Of a DNA stretch of 64,000 nucleotides, positions 39,488 through 50,371 are shown in pieces. How positions within the stretch are numbered: position 1 is the first letter of the stretch; the number at the start of each line of letters is the position of its first letter. The stretch is taken from NCBI GenBank assembly GCA_037045355.1, contig JBAOHO010000013.1:271443-335442 (forward strand), read 5' to 3'. Source of the stretch: Candidatus Nanopelagicales bacterium (GTDB lineage Bacteria > Actinomycetota > Actinomycetes > S36-B12 > GCA-2699445). The translations under genes and the position numbers were made by a program. Below the pieces are notes generated by a model. That model was not told the origin of the DNA, searched no databases, and worked only from the letters and a program-made list of their open reading frames with translations.

Positions 39488-41110
39488 TCAGCTGCCGAAC
39501 ACCGCCCGCCCCGCCACGAAAGTCATCTCGACAGTCGCGTCGGAGGGATGGGTCGGGTCGAGCGTGATGTCGTGGTCGAGCACTGCGAGATCAGCTCGCT
39601 TACCGACGTCGAGGGTGCCGGACCGGCTCTCGTCCCCGTTGACGAAGGCAGAACCCGACGTGAACGCAGCCACTGCAGTGGACAACGGAACCCGCTCCTC
39701 CGGAAGGAATGGTGCGCTGTCGCGGTCATCGGGATTGACGCGGGTCACCATTACCTCTATCTCCTCAAGGGGATCGGGGGTGGTCACCGGCCAGTCGCTC
39801 CCGCCGGCGAGCACAGTGCCAAGTGCCGCGAGTCGGGCGAAGGGGTACTGCAGGTCGGAGCGCTCCCGGCCGATGAACGGAATCGTCAGTTCCTCCATCT
39901 GCGGTTCGGTCTGGGCCCAGAACGGCTGGCAGTTGGCTGCGACCCCCAACTCGGCGAAGCGAGGGAGATCCTCGGGCTGAATGATTTGGACGTGGGCGAT
40001 GTGGTGACGTTGCCCAGCACCGTTGGCGGCGCGTGCCGCCGCCACGGCATCCAGGCTGTGCCGCACGGCGCGATCCCCGATCGCGTGCATGTGCACCTGG
40101 AATCCGGCCGCGTCCAACTGCGTGACAGCGGCTGCCAGCAGTTCGCGGTCGACGTAGTCGAGGCCGTGGTTGTCGGTATGGCCGCCGCACCCGTCGCAGT
40201 ACGGCTCGAGTAGGGAGCCGGTGCGATTCTCGAGGATGCCGTCGGTCATGATCTTCACGGTCGTTGCCTGGTAGGCACCAGAGCCGCCGGCTTCGCGCAG
40301 CGTCAAGAACTCGTCGATCTGGTCCAGACCCCGATGACGGTCCCACCACAGAGCACCGACCACGCGTGCGTCCAGTTCGCCTTGAGCCGCCAGCCGAGCG
40401 TAGGCGGCGTGAGTCGCCGGGGTCACCCAGGCGTCCTGCCAGGCTGTGATTCCCAGGGAGTGCAGGTACCCCTGTGCGTGCTGGATGGCGGCCATCCAAC
40501 CTTCGGTGTCGGGTTGCGGGACAACGCGCGTGTGGAACGAGTAGGCGGCGCCTTCGTGCAGCATGCCGGTGGGCTCCCCGGTGTGGGGGTCACGCTCGAT
40601 CATGCCGTCAGCGGGGTCCGGAGTTGCGGCCGTCACGTCGCCCACTTCGAGTGCGTGCGAGTTGACCCAGGCGCCGTGCAGGTCCCGGTTGAACAGGAAC
40701 ACGGGGCGGTCCGGGACGATCGCGTCGAGGTCCTCACGGCGAGGACCTCCAGCGGGGAAGAACTCCAGCGCCCAACCGCTTCCTGTGATCCACCGGTCGT
40801 TCGGGTGGGCGACAGCGTATTCGGCGATGGCGGTGAGGTAATCCCGCCTGCCGTGTCGGTCGTTGAGATACACGTGCCGCATGCTGTTGCCGCCCACCGG
40901 AGCGTGGATGTGCGCATCCTGGAACCCAGGCAGGATCAGCCGTCCTGGAAGCGAGACCACTTCGGTGCCCGGGCCTTGATGCGCGCGCAACTCGTCATGG
41001 TCGGCTGTGATGGCGGCGATGTCGCCGTTGGCGATCGCAAGGTGTTGAGACCGCGCCACACCGTCGCGATACAACAGCGCATCGGTGATGATCGTGTCGG
41101 CGTGTCTCAT
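39488..41110 (-). CDS. amidohydrolase-3 family metal-dependent hydrolase
   Basis: 540 aa. GFQDAHIHAP (HxH), later HAIGD and HVQ blocks, and the GSDWP...D end typical of YtcJ-like amidohydrolases. Confidence 0.8.
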   Translation of the reverse strand: MRHADTIITDALLYRDGVARSQHLAIANGDIAAITADHDELRAHQGPGTEVVSLPGRLILPGFQDAHIHAPVGGNSMRHVYLNDRHGRRDYLTAIAEYAVAHPNDRWITGSGWALEFFPAGGPRREDLDAIVPDRPVFLFNRDLHGAWVNSHALEVGDVTAATPDPADGMIERDPHTGEPTGMLHEGAAYSFHTRVVPQPDTEGWMAAIQHAQGYLHSLGITAWQDAWVTPATHAAYARLAAQGELDARVVGALWWDRHRGLDQIDEFLTLREAGGSGAYQATTVKIMTDGILENRTGSLLEPYCDGCGGHTDNHGLDYVDRELLAAAVTQLDAAGFQVHMHAIGDRAVRHSLDAVAAARAANGAGQRHHIAHVQIIQPEDLPRFAELGVAANCQPFWAQTEPQMEELTIPFIGRERSDLQYPFARLAALGTVLAGGSDWPVTTPDPLEEIEVMVTRVNPDDRDSAPFLPEERVPLSTAVAAFTSGSAFVNGDESRSGTLDVGKRADLAVLDHDITLDPTHPSDATVEMTFVAGRAVFGS

Positions 41111-41138
41111 CGATGAGATCCGAGCAAGTGAGATCGGG

Positions 41139-41513
41139 TCAGGGGATGAACGACAGGATCGGGGAGCCCTTCATGAACCGAACCTGTCGTTCGGCGCTGC
41201 CACCGGTCGGGTAGTTGCCCTGCCATTTGATGCGGGCGCGATAGATGTCGTACTTACCCGTCGGCTCCAATGCCCTGGAGCGGCAGGTCCAGGAGCCACC
41301 CGTCTTGCGCACGCAGAACTTGACAGTGCCGAAGTCGACGAATGACGACAGGTCGAATCGCACGAGTTGTCCCTTGCGCTGAATGCCATAGGCGACGTCG
41401 CCTGTGGGACTGGCGTACGAGTCCACGGTCTGCCACCCACCGGCGAGGGCCGGGGCGGGGGCCAGCGGGATCAGCAGGGATGCTGCCGCCAAGACGGCTG
41501 TTCGAGTTCTCAT
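41139..41513 (-). CDS. small secreted hypothetical protein
   Basis: ATG at 41513 with signal peptide MRTRTAVLAAASLLIPLAPAPALA. Confidence 0.5.
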   Translation of the reverse strand: MRTRTAVLAAASLLIPLAPAPALAGGWQTVDSYASPTGDVAYGIQRKGQLVRFDLSSFVDFGTVKFCVRKTGGSWTCRSRALEPTGKYDIYRARIKWQGNYPTGGSAERQVRFMKGSPILSFIP

Positions 41514-41576
41514 GGTGACCTCCGGTTCGACTCTACGCCCGCGCGCCGAATGGCCGCAGTACAAGATTCGACGCGG

Positions 41577-42156
41577 TCAGGGCTCCAGCAGTTTCGCCTT
41601 GGCGGCTGCGAACTCGGCATCACTGAGCGCCCCGGATACGTGCAGCCGAGTGAGACGTTCCAAAGCGTCAACCGTGTCGTTGTGCGTGTCGTTGTGATCG
41701 ACCGACTCGGAGGAGCGGCTGTCGGGGTCAAGCGGATGTGGGATGCCAAAGGCGCGGAACACGGGAATCTGATCCGTCGCCGCTCCGTCGGGCATGCCCA
41801 CGACAAATGTGCTGGGATCTGCGGCCAGGTACCAGGCCGGCCACACATCCCCCACGCGAGGCATCTGTGTCTGTGGGATGAGGATTCTTTTTCGACCCTT
41901 GGAACGGTTCGGCGCCCGACAGTGGCTCCAACTGGAACGTGAGGTTGCACTGGATGTTGATGTTGTTGACGACCATGCCGGTCGGGTCGATGCGCAGGAG
42001 TCGCGCGCGGGCCTTCTGCCCGTACTGAATGACTTGTTGCGCCTGCTCCCGCTTCGCAGCTGACATGCCGAACATCCCGCTACGACGGAGCGCGAACAAG
42101 ACGCCCACGATGATCACGATGGTGATCGCAAGGGACAACAGGAGCGGTGACGTCAT
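41577..42156 (-). pseudogene. membrane-anchored SHOCT-domain protein, +1 frameshifted
   Basis: The N-terminal TM and body lie in ORF 41728-42156. The continuation (PRVGDVWPAWYLAADP...) and the C-terminal SHOCT-like LERLTRLHVSGALSDAEFAAAKAKLL lie in ORF 41577-41864. The frames meet at tcg aaa aag a atc (about 41892-41901). Confidence 0.7.
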
Positions 42157-42195
42157 GGAGTCATGCTGTCACCGTGATCGCGGCCAGGCTGCTCG

Positions 42196-43971
42196 TCAAC
42201 TGAGGAATCCCCCGGACTGGTGCGACCACAGCACCGAATAGGGCCCACCCGCACTTCGCAGTGACTCGTGACTTCCGTCTTCGACGATGTGGCCCGAGTC
42301 CAAGACCACGATTCGATCCATCAACTGAACGGTGGACAGTCGATGGGCGATGACGATCGTCGTCCGCCCGCTCATCGCTTCGGCGAGCGCTGCCTGGATG
42401 TGGACTTCGCTCTCGCTGTCCAATGCGCTGGTGGCCTCGTCCAACAACAGGATGGGAGCATCCTTCAATATGGTCCTCGCGATCGCGATGCGTTGCCGCT
42501 GACCACCCGACAGTTTTACGCCGCGCTCACCTACCTGGGTGGCCAGGCCATCCGGCAAGGCATCGATGAAATCCAGCGCGTACGCCTTGGCGGCGGCTTC
42601 CCGCACCTGCGTCTCAGTGGCATCGGGTCTTCCGTAGGCGATGTTCTCGAACAGCGACCGATGGAACAGCAGAGGTTCCTGAGGAACGTAGGAGATCGCT
42701 CGTCTCAAGCTGACTTGGGTCACGCTCGCGATGTCCTGGCCGTCGATCAGGATTCTCCCGGACTGGACATCGGCGAACCTGAGCAGCAGCCGGATCAGGG
42801 TGGACTTGCCACTGCCGGAATGGCCCACCAATCCCACCCGCTGACCGGCCGGAACGGACAGCGAGAAGTCGGTGAACAGGGGATCTTCGTGTTCGTCCAG
42901 GTGTCCGAAGGTGATCGACTCGATGTCGATGCGACCTGGACCTGGATGCAGCGAATGGTCGGTGCGATCGGCCACTCCGGTCGGCATGTTGAGGATCTGA
43001 ACCATCTCGCGGGTGTCACCCATGACGCGGTTGTAGTCCCGCATGACCTGATTGATCTCCCACAGCTGAGTCGTCACCGTCATCGTGTATGTGACAGCGA
43101 GGTAGACAGCGGGAATAGACACCGAGTCCGTGGTGGAAGCCGCCACTGCGGCCACCACGGCGGAGACGTTGATGAGCGTCATGACGGCCGCGTATCCGGT
43201 GCTGTAACGCAGGAAGGGATACATGACCCCGAAGGACGTGTGGCGCCACTTCTCGGCCACGACCGCCGCTGACCTCTGTTCGCGATCTTCCGCCCCGTAG
43301 GCTTTGACGGCGCCGATGTTCGTCGTCACATCGGCCAGGAACCCCGTCATCGCGTTGCTGGCCGCGGCTTCGGACACGTTGAGGGGTTCCATCTTCCGTG
43401 CGGTTGCGACGACCAACCACACGAAGATCACACACAGCACAGCCAGCACGACCGCGTACTGCCAGATCACGAAAGACAAGATCGCCACCGCGGCGACGAT
43501 CGTCGTGGTGATGGGCAGCACGATCCACACCACGTCATCCCAGAACATCTCGAACGCAGCAGTCAGTTTGCTCGTCGCGGACACCAGGGAACCGCTGAAA
43601 CGGTCCGCGTGGAACGCCGTGCTCTGGGCCGTCAGGCTCGCGAAGACGCGCTCGAACAGGCTCTGGATCCCGGGGACCTCAAACGACCACATGGCCCACA
43701 GCACCAGGCGCCAGCCGACGATCTCGCCCGCCACCTGAGTGAGTGCGTAGGCGGCGATCAGGGGCCAGGCCGATTGCCAGGTGACCGAGTCCGACTGAAT
43801 CTGCTCCAGCAGCAAGGAGATGACGAACGGTCCCGCGAAACTGCCGATCAGAACCGTTGCGACCGGCGCGATCAGGGACGTTGTCAGCAATGCGGGGTGC
43901 TGCGCTGCGGTCGTCCAGAACAGCCGCAACGTGTCGCGCGCCCCAACCGGGGGAGTCAGTTCTGATGTCAC
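42196..43971 (-). CDS. ABC exporter, fused permease/ATPase
   Basis: Six-TM N-terminal half. GHSGSGKST Walker A, LSGGQRQR, ILLLDEATSALD. Confidence 0.9.
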   Translation of the reverse strand: MTSELTPPVGARDTLRLFWTTAAQHPALLTTSLIAPVATVLIGSFAGPFVISLLLEQIQSDSVTWQSAWPLIAAYALTQVAGEIVGWRLVLWAMWSFEVPGIQSLFERVFASLTAQSTAFHADRFSGSLVSATSKLTAAFEMFWDDVVWIVLPITTTIVAAVAILSFVIWQYAVVLAVLCVIFVWLVVATARKMEPLNVSEAAASNAMTGFLADVTTNIGAVKAYGAEDREQRSAAVVAEKWRHTSFGVMYPFLRYSTGYAAVMTLINVSAVVAAVAASTTDSVSIPAVYLAVTYTMTVTTQLWEINQVMRDYNRVMGDTREMVQILNMPTGVADRTDHSLHPGPGRIDIESITFGHLDEHEDPLFTDFSLSVPAGQRVGLVGHSGSGKSTLIRLLLRFADVQSGRILIDGQDIASVTQVSLRRAISYVPQEPLLFHRSLFENIAYGRPDATETQVREAAAKAYALDFIDALPDGLATQVGERGVKLSGGQRQRIAIARTILKDAPILLLDEATSALDSESEVHIQAALAEAMSGRTTIVIAHRLSTVQLMDRIVVLDSGHIVEDGSHESLRSAGGPYSVLWSHQSGGFLS

Positions 43972-44118
43972 CGTGCCGCCTTGCCGCGACGAGTCAAGCA
44001 GACAGGGACTCGTCCCTCAACCCACGATGGCCCCCCGTCCAGGACGGCGAACCATCGATTGTTCAGTTGTCCTCATGGCGACGCGAGGATGGCGGCGTCG
44101 GTCGCCGCTTCGCTCCGC

Positions 44119-45126
44119 TCAGTCGCCGATCGTCGCCACCATGATGGCTTTGATCGTGTGCAACCGGTTCTCCGCCTGATCGAACGCAATGTTCGTCGTC
44201 GACTCGAAGACGTCGTTGGTGACTTCGAGGCCGTTCTTCATGCCCGTCGACTCCGCGACGTCCTGGCCCACTTTGGTATTGGTGTCGTGGAACGCGGGTA
44301 GGCAGTGCATGAACTTGACGTTGGGGTTGCCGGTCTTCTTCAGGGCCGCCGCGTTCACCTGGTACTTCTTCAGCTGCTTCACGCGCTGGGCCCAGACCTC
44401 CTTGGGTTCACCCATCGAGACCCACACATCCGTGTGGACGAAGTCCGCCCCCGGCAGCGCCTTGGCCGGGTCATCAGTCAGCAGGATGCGGGCGCCGCTC
44501 TCCTTGGCCCGCTCTTTCGCCAGCGCCTGGACCTCCTTGGACGGCCAGAGAGCCTTCGGGGAACAGATACGGACATCGGCACCCATGATCGCGCCCATGA
44601 TGAGAAGCGAGTTGCCCATGTTGGAGCGAGCATCGCCCATGTAGGTGTACGTGATGTCGGAGATCGGCTTGCCGCGGCTGTGTTCACTCATGGTCAGGAA
44701 GTCGGCGAGCATCTGCGTCGGATGCCACTCGTCGGTCAGTCCATTCCACACGGGGACGTCGCTGTACTTCGCCAGATCCTCGACGTTCTGCTGCCCTGAC
44801 CCGCGGTACTCGATTCCGTCGTAGAAGCGTGACAGCACCCGAGCGGTGTCGGCGATCGATTCCTTGTGGCCGATCTGCGAACCCGAGGGATCCAGGTAGG
44901 TCACGCCGGCGCCCTGATCGTAGGCGCCGACCTCGAATGCGCACCGGGTCCGCGTCGATGTCTTCTCGAAGATGAGAGCGACGTTCTTGCCCTTCATTCG
45001 CTGGCGTTCGTTTCCGGTGTACTTGGCGCGTTTGAGGTCGCGGGCCAGATCCAGCAGGAACTGCAGTTCTTGGCGCGTGAAGTCGATTTCCTTGAGGAAG
45101 TCACGGTTACGGAGATTGAACGGCAT
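44119..45126 (-). CDS. arcB: ornithine carbamoyltransferase (catabolic context)
   Basis: STRTR, HPTQ and HCLP motifs. Adjacent to arcA. Confidence 0.9.
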   Translation of the reverse strand: MPFNLRNRDFLKEIDFTRQELQFLLDLARDLKRAKYTGNERQRMKGKNVALIFEKTSTRTRCAFEVGAYDQGAGVTYLDPSGSQIGHKESIADTARVLSRFYDGIEYRGSGQQNVEDLAKYSDVPVWNGLTDEWHPTQMLADFLTMSEHSRGKPISDITYTYMGDARSNMGNSLLIMGAIMGADVRICSPKALWPSKEVQALAKERAKESGARILLTDDPAKALPGADFVHTDVWVSMGEPKEVWAQRVKQLKKYQVNAAALKKTGNPNVKFMHCLPAFHDTNTKVGQDVAESTGMKNGLEVTNDVFESTTNIAFDQAENRLHTIKAIMVATIGD

Positions 45127-45167
45127 GGTGCCTTTCCTGTTCTTCTTGGTGGTGGGTCAGTTCGATT

Positions 45168-45212
45168 GGTGAGGTCGGTGAGGTTGGTGAGGTTGGTGAG
45201 GTTGGTGAGTCG
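45168..45212. repeat. 9-bp tandem repeat x5 (ggtgaggtt)
   Basis: Direct reading gives units at 45168, 45177, 45186, 45195 and 45204. The array lies between arcA and arcB. Confidence 0.9.
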
Positions 45213-45307
45213 GTCTTACGTGTCGATGGCCGGTGGGCCGCAGAGGTGACCAAATGGGTGGCAGGGGTCGACAACCCCCGCCACTCATTTGGTCACTCAT
45301 CGCTCTG

Positions 45308-46540
45308 TCATTCGTCAGCAGAGCCACGCTCCATCGGGCAGGACATGCACCGCGGGCCACCTCGGCCCCGGCCCAGTTCGTTGCCCACGATTCCGACGAT
45401 CTCGATTCCGTGCTTGCGCAGGAACGTGTTCGTCGTCTCGTTGCGGTCGTAGCCGAAGATGACTCCGGGAGCCACGGTGAGGAAGTTGTTGCCGTCGTTC
45501 CATTGCTCTCGGGCGGCGCCCAACTCGTCGATCGGGGTGAACAGCGGAATCATCTTCTCGACACCGACGGCGTCGGCGAGCACCGGCCACAACTCGTCGT
45601 TCTCCTCGATGTGGTAGGCACCGCTGTCGTCGGCCTTGGTCAACGTGAACGTGCGCAGATCCTCGGGCAACTCCGAGTACACCGAGAACTTGTCCTTGTC
45701 GATCATCGTCATCGCCGTATCGAGGTGCATCAGGCTTCGTGTCTTGGGCAACTCCACGACGATCACTTTGGTGATCTGCTGGTCAGGGGCACTGAAGTAG
45801 GCCTGGGCCAGCATTCCGATTCCCTGTGGGGTCGTGCGCTCACCCATGCCGATCATAACGGCGCCGTTACCCACGACCAGAACGTCGCCACCTTCGACCG
45901 TGGCGGGCTGGTGGTGCTCGTCGTCATTGCCGTAGTAGAAGTGCGGGATCTCGTCCTTGAAATCCGGATGGAAGTTCCAGATGATCCGGCTGTGGATCGT
46001 CTCGCGCTGGCGCGCGGGCTTGGCCATGGGGTGCACGGACACGCCCGCGTAAGCGAATGCCGAGTTGTCCCGCTGGAACAGATGGTTCGGCAGGGGGGTC
46101 AGCACGAAGTCGTAGTCCTCGAGGTAGGTCCACAGGAGGTTCGCGTACTTGGGCAACTGCAGATCCTTCTTCAGGATTCCGCCGATCATGAAGGTCGCCA
46201 GATCCGAGCCGCTGATGCCCTCGGCCAGTTCGCGCAGGGGCTCCACCAACTGCGGTCCGACCGACTCGGGGCGGGCCACCCGTTCGAGCAGGAAGTCGCG
46301 CGCCTCAGGAATCTCGAGGGCCTCTCCCAATTTGTCGCGGAACAAGTGGACCTTGACCCCGCGCTGCTCCAAACCGTCGGCGAACGCGCGGTGCTCCTCC
46401 CGTGCCTTGCGGGCCCACATGACGTCGTCGAACAGCAACTCATCACAGTTCTGCGGGGTCAACCGGTCCAGCTCGAGGCCCGGTTCATGAAGCATGACCT
46501 GCTTGAGCTGGCCGACTTCTGAGTCGACATGAAGGGTCAT
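45308..46540 (-). CDS. arcA: arginine deiminase
   Basis: ATG at 46540 ([21 protein letters not shown]). C-terminal catalytic Cys region [12 protein letters not shown]. Confidence 0.9.
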   Translation of the reverse strand: MTLHVDSEVGQLKQVMLHEPGLELDRLTPQNCDELLFDDVMWARKAREEHRAFADGLEQRGVKVHLFRDKLGEALEIPEARDFLLERVARPESVGPQLVEPLRELAEGISGSDLATFMIGGILKKDLQLPKYANLLWTYLEDYDFVLTPLPNHLFQRDNSAFAYAGVSVHPMAKPARQRETIHSRIIWNFHPDFKDEIPHFYYGNDDEHHQPATVEGGDVLVVGNGAVMIGMGERTTPQGIGMLAQAYFSAPDQQITKVIVVELPKTRSLMHLDTAMTMIDKDKFSVYSELPEDLRTFTLTKADDSGAYHIEENDELWPVLADAVGVEKMIPLFTPIDELGAAREQWNDGNNFLTVAPGVIFGYDRNETTNTFLRKHGIEIVGIVGNELGRGRGGPRCMSCPMERGSADE

Positions 46541-46768
46541 CGATGGTCCTTTCTCAGCACTTCGACGGGTGAACCTCCGTCTGGCACGATCCTTGCCGCC
46601 GCGGTGACTTGTTGCCACTCGGAGGCGTTAACGGCAGGTGAATGCCCGGGAAGGACACGGGTTCCGCCGGTTGGTCAGCGGACGAATGGCGCTTTCGAGT
46701 CACATCGTCGGTGGGAATCCGCTATGAACCGAAGTAGGTGTCAGTTCTCGCGTTCGAACGGAGTCGAC

Positions 46769-48517
46769 ATGGCCACGGACACTCCCGCTCCTGAGGCGCC
46801 GCCTGCCGAGGAGAAGAAGGGCTTCAAGTTCCCCACAGCGTTCACTGTGTTGTTCTTCGTCCTGTTGCTGGTGTGGGCGTTGAGCTTCGTGATCAAGCCT
46901 GGGGCGTACGACTACATCGCGTGCGGCGATGGCAACCCCAAGCCCATTCCGGCGTCTTACCACGAGACCGAAGTGGACGCCACGTTCAAGGACAAGCTCT
47001 ACGACCTGTGGTTGTCACCCGTCAATGGCTTGTATGGCATCCAGCCCGACCAGGAAGTCGTCGACTCGCCCGAGGTCGCCGGCGCCTTCGATTCGCTGAA
47101 GGCGTGCGGATTCCTGCCCTCTGATATTCCGGAGGACGCCACCGCCGATTCGTTGACGCCCGAGCAGGTCAAGGAGTTGGAGGCTGACCTGCAGAAGCGT
47201 GTCGAGCTCCCGCCCACTGCCGACGGCGAGGTCGATCCTGACAGCGTCGCGCTCCTCGGACCCAAGCAGCCGATCGGGCCTTACGAGAACGGCAGCCTCT
47301 TCGGCGCAGTTCAGGTGTTCTTCTTCGTGCTCGCCATCGGTGCCTTCATCACCGTCACCATGGCGACAGGCGCACTGGACGCCGGTATCGGACGATTGAC
47401 CCACCGATATCGGAATCAGGGGACAGTTCTCATCGTCATCCTGATGGCCGTGTTCTCGCTCGGTGGCACGACGTACGGAATGGCGGAGGAGACGCTGGGC
47501 TTCTACGCCCTGATTGTGCCCATCTTCGTCGCCCTCGGGTACGACCGAATAGTCGGCGCGGTGGTGATCATGCTGGGCGCCGGCATCGGAACATTGGCAT
47601 CGACGGTGAACCCGTTCGCCACTGGCGTGGCCTCAGCCGGCGCCGACATCGAACTCGGCAACGGCATCGTGCTGCGCGCGATCATGTATGTGGTCCTGAC
47701 CGTGGTCACGATTTTGTACGTGCTGCGCTACGCGAACAAGGTGAAGAAGGACCCGAGCAAGTCGCTGGCAGCTCCCGTTCCCGAGGACGAGCAGCTGCAG
47801 GCCGACGAGGCCGAACCCCCGCCCATGGACGGTCGGCAGAAGTTGGTCATCTGGATCTTCATGCTGACGTTCGCCCTGATGATCTTCTCGGTCATCCCCT
47901 GGGCTGACTTCAACGAGAACTGGGACACGTTCACGCTCGGGTGGTACTTCCCCGAACTGGCGGCGTTGTTCCTGGTCGCGGCGATCATCATCGGGCTCAT
48001 CGGACGGCTCGGCGAAGAAGGCATGGTCAATGCGATCGTGTCCGGCATGGGGGACTTCATGGGCGCCGCGCTGATCATCGCTGTCGCGCGTGGCGTGACG
48101 GTGATCATGAACAACGCGGGCATCACCGACACCGTGCTGCACTCGCTCGAAGGTGTGGCCACCAGTGTGTCCGGTCCGTTGTTCGGCGTCGTGATGTTTA
48201 TCGTGAACATCCCTCTGGCCTTCCTCGTGCCGTCGTCGTCGGGTCACGCGACTCTGGCGATGCCGATCATGGCTCCTCTGGCCGACTTCGCGGGTGTGTC
48301 GCGCGCGATCGTCGTCACGGCGTACCAGTCCGCGAGTGGCTGGGTGAATCTGTTCACCCCAACCTCAGCGATCGTCATGGGTGGTTTGACCCTGGCCAAG
48401 GTCGGCTACGACCGCTACCTGCGGTTCGTCTGGCCCTTGCTCGTCATCCTTTTCGTGATCGTGTGCGCGTTCCTGGCGTTCGGCTCTGTGTCGAGTTTGG
48501 GTGGTTCCCTGTCGTAG
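46769..48517 (+). CDS. YfcC/DcuC-type (C4-dicarboxylate anaerobic carrier family) transporter, putative arginine/ornithine antiporter
   Basis: ATG at 46769. KGFKFPTAFTVLFFVLLLVWALSFVIKPGAY N-terminus like YfcC, polytopic. Divergent from arcA. Confidence 0.7.
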   Translation: MATDTPAPEAPPAEEKKGFKFPTAFTVLFFVLLLVWALSFVIKPGAYDYIACGDGNPKPIPASYHETEVDATFKDKLYDLWLSPVNGLYGIQPDQEVVDSPEVAGAFDSLKACGFLPSDIPEDATADSLTPEQVKELEADLQKRVELPPTADGEVDPDSVALLGPKQPIGPYENGSLFGAVQVFFFVLAIGAFITVTMATGALDAGIGRLTHRYRNQGTVLIVILMAVFSLGGTTYGMAEETLGFYALIVPIFVALGYDRIVGAVVIMLGAGIGTLASTVNPFATGVASAGADIELGNGIVLRAIMYVVLTVVTILYVLRYANKVKKDPSKSLAAPVPEDEQLQADEAEPPPMDGRQKLVIWIFMLTFALMIFSVIPWADFNENWDTFTLGWYFPELAALFLVAAIIIGLIGRLGEEGMVNAIVSGMGDFMGAALIIAVARGVTVIMNNAGITDTVLHSLEGVATSVSGPLFGVVMFIVNIPLAFLVPSSSGHATLAMPIMAPLADFAGVSRAIVVTAYQSASGWVNLFTPTSAIVMGGLTLAKVGYDRYLRFVWPLLVILFVIVCAFLAFGSVSSLGGSLS

Positions 48518-48766
48518 GGCGAGCGCCGGTACCCCCTTCAGTGGGTGCCGACTTCTCGTGGTGGCTGTGCGAGGACCGTGGGAGATACCGGGCGAATGTG
48601 ACCGGGACCTTCGTCCTCTTACCACCTATGTCGGGCGAATCGGACACCGAATTTTGGGCCCTTAGGGTGAAACGGCACCAGGGGTCACGCGGACGTCACA
48701 CAATGTGGTGAAAGTCTCAACACGGGTTTTCAACCCAACAGACAGCAGCCGCACGGGAGGTCGCAA

Positions 48767-49138
48767 ATGCCCCAGCAGCCCTTGGCCCAGGTCCCCAAAG
48801 ACGCCACCTGGCAGTGGCAGGACCATGGGGCTTGCCGGGAGGTGGACGACTCCTTGTTCTTCCACCCCCCGAATGAGCGAGGGCTGGCTCGGATCCGGCG
48901 GGACCGCGCGGCGAAGGCCGTGTGCGCGCGCTGTCCGGTGCGGGTCGAATGCGCTGACTACTCGATCAGATCCCGTGAGCCGTACGGCGTGTGGGGCGGT
49001 CTGACGGAAGAGGATCGTGAACGCATCTACGCGCGCATCGCCATCGCGGACTACCCCCGAGCACGGGGCGAGGGCGCGGTCATGTGCGCCGACGAGATCG
49101 CCTCGGCCGTTTCGGCGATCAGTCTCGGGATCGCCTGA
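48767..49138 (+). CDS. WhiB-family Fe-S transcriptional regulator
   Basis: Four Cys (C...CARCPVRVEC) and GVWGG turn. Confidence 0.85.
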   Translation: MPQQPLAQVPKDATWQWQDHGACREVDDSLFFHPPNERGLARIRRDRAAKAVCARCPVRVECADYSIRSREPYGVWGGLTEEDRERIYARIAIADYPRARGEGAVMCADEIASAVSAISLGIA

Positions 49139-49233
49139 TCAGTCTCAGGATCAGGCGGGCTCCAGCGTGAGTCGCACGTCGGCGATGATCACCAGCCAGC
49201 GCAACAGTCACATGTGACAGTCGCCAGCGCCCA

Positions 49234-49605
49234 TTAGGACGGTTTTGCTTGTTCCTCGGCGATCTTCGCGTGGACCTCGGTCATGTCGATGTCCTGGACC
49301 GCCGAGACAAGTTTGCGTAGTTCCGGCTCGGGCAGGGCTCCCGCCTGATTGAACAGCACCACCCCGTCGCGAATGACCATGAGCGTGGGGATGGACGAGA
49401 TGTTGAAGGCTTGCCCCAGCCCTTGCTGGGCCTCGGTGTCGACCTTGGCGAAAACGATCTCGGGGAAGTCCTCGCTGACCTTCTCGTAGACCGGCCCGAA
49501 CATGCGGCACGGACCGCACCATTCCGCCCAGAAGTCGATCAGGACCATGTCGTTGTTCTGGACGGTGTCGGCGAATGTCGCTTCGTCGAGGGCCACGGTG
49601 CTCAC
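49234..49605 (-). CDS. trxA: thioredoxin
   Basis: GTG at 49605 lies 6 nt after AAGGAG. WCGPC active site. Confidence 0.85.
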   Translation of the reverse strand: MSTVALDEATFADTVQNNDMVLIDFWAEWCGPCRMFGPVYEKVSEDFPEIVFAKVDTEAQQGLGQAFNISSIPTLMVIRDGVVLFNQAGALPEPELRKLVSAVQDIDMTEVHAKIAEEQAKPS

Positions 49606-49774
49606 AGTGCACTCCTTCGTCTGTTGTCTCGTGCGTCTGTCATCCTGGTGGTGCTGTACCCCAGGGGGTATGAGGGCAAACGCACTGGGCTGCGTCATTG
49701 TTCCCCGAGCCCCGCATCGACGCACCACGGCTCTGCGTTCTGCAGCCTGCGGTGGGGGCGCATTATCGTGAGGT

Positions 49775-50347
49775 ATGGACTGGTTGCCGGAACTCCACCG
49801 GCCCCCCCGGAGATCGCCTCAGCCCGGTGACCTATTGGTGTCGAGTCCCGCGCTGAGCGACCCCCGCTTCCGCCGCACCATTGTCTACCTGCTGCAGCAT
49901 GACGACGAAGGGTCGGCGGGCGTCGTCATCAACCGCCGCTTCGAACGCTCCTTGGCTGGCCTCGACCTCCCCGCATGGGTGATCGACTCCGCCGCCGTGC
50001 GCGAAGGTGGCCCGGTATCCGACGATTCCCTGCTCGCCCTCGCGAGCACCGAGACCGCACCCAGCCATCTGCGTCGAGCGGTGGGGCCCCAGGTGTGTGT
50101 CGTCGACTTGGACGAGATCACCGACGAGGAGCAGTTCCAACCGCTTCAGCTTTTCGTGGGGTACGCGGGCTGGTCCGGGGGTCAGCTCGCAGGGGAGATC
50201 AGTCGTGACGACTGGCTGGTCGTGTCGGCGGATCCCTACGACGTGTTGACCACCGACCCCGACCGCGTCTGGGATCGGGTCCTGCGCCGGCAGAAGGGGA
50301 ATATCCGGCTGTGGGCGACACTGCCGGAGTCGGTGTCCGCCAACTGA
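49775..50347 (+). CDS. YqgE/AlgH family protein
   Basis: GDLLVSSPALSDPRFRRTIVYLLQHDDEGSAGVVINR and GYAGWSGGQLAGE blocks. Confidence 0.8.
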   Translation: MDWLPELHRPPRRSPQPGDLLVSSPALSDPRFRRTIVYLLQHDDEGSAGVVINRRFERSLAGLDLPAWVIDSAAVREGGPVSDDSLLALASTETAPSHLRRAVGPQVCVVDLDEITDEEQFQPLQLFVGYAGWSGGQLAGEISRDDWLVVSADPYDVLTTDPDRVWDRVLRRQKGNIRLWATLPESVSAN

Positions 50348-50371
50348 GTCAGGACGCGATCGGGCACTACA

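Noticed and set aside
45233-46522. 429-codon plus-strand ORF
   Set aside because: It is antisense to arginine deiminase, which is clearly supported.
49207-49218. Perfect 12-bp palindrome gtcacatgtgac between whiB and trxA 3' ends
   Set aside because: A single short palindrome in a convergent 3' region, with no second copy seen in the window. There is not enough evidence to call it an operator or a terminator.
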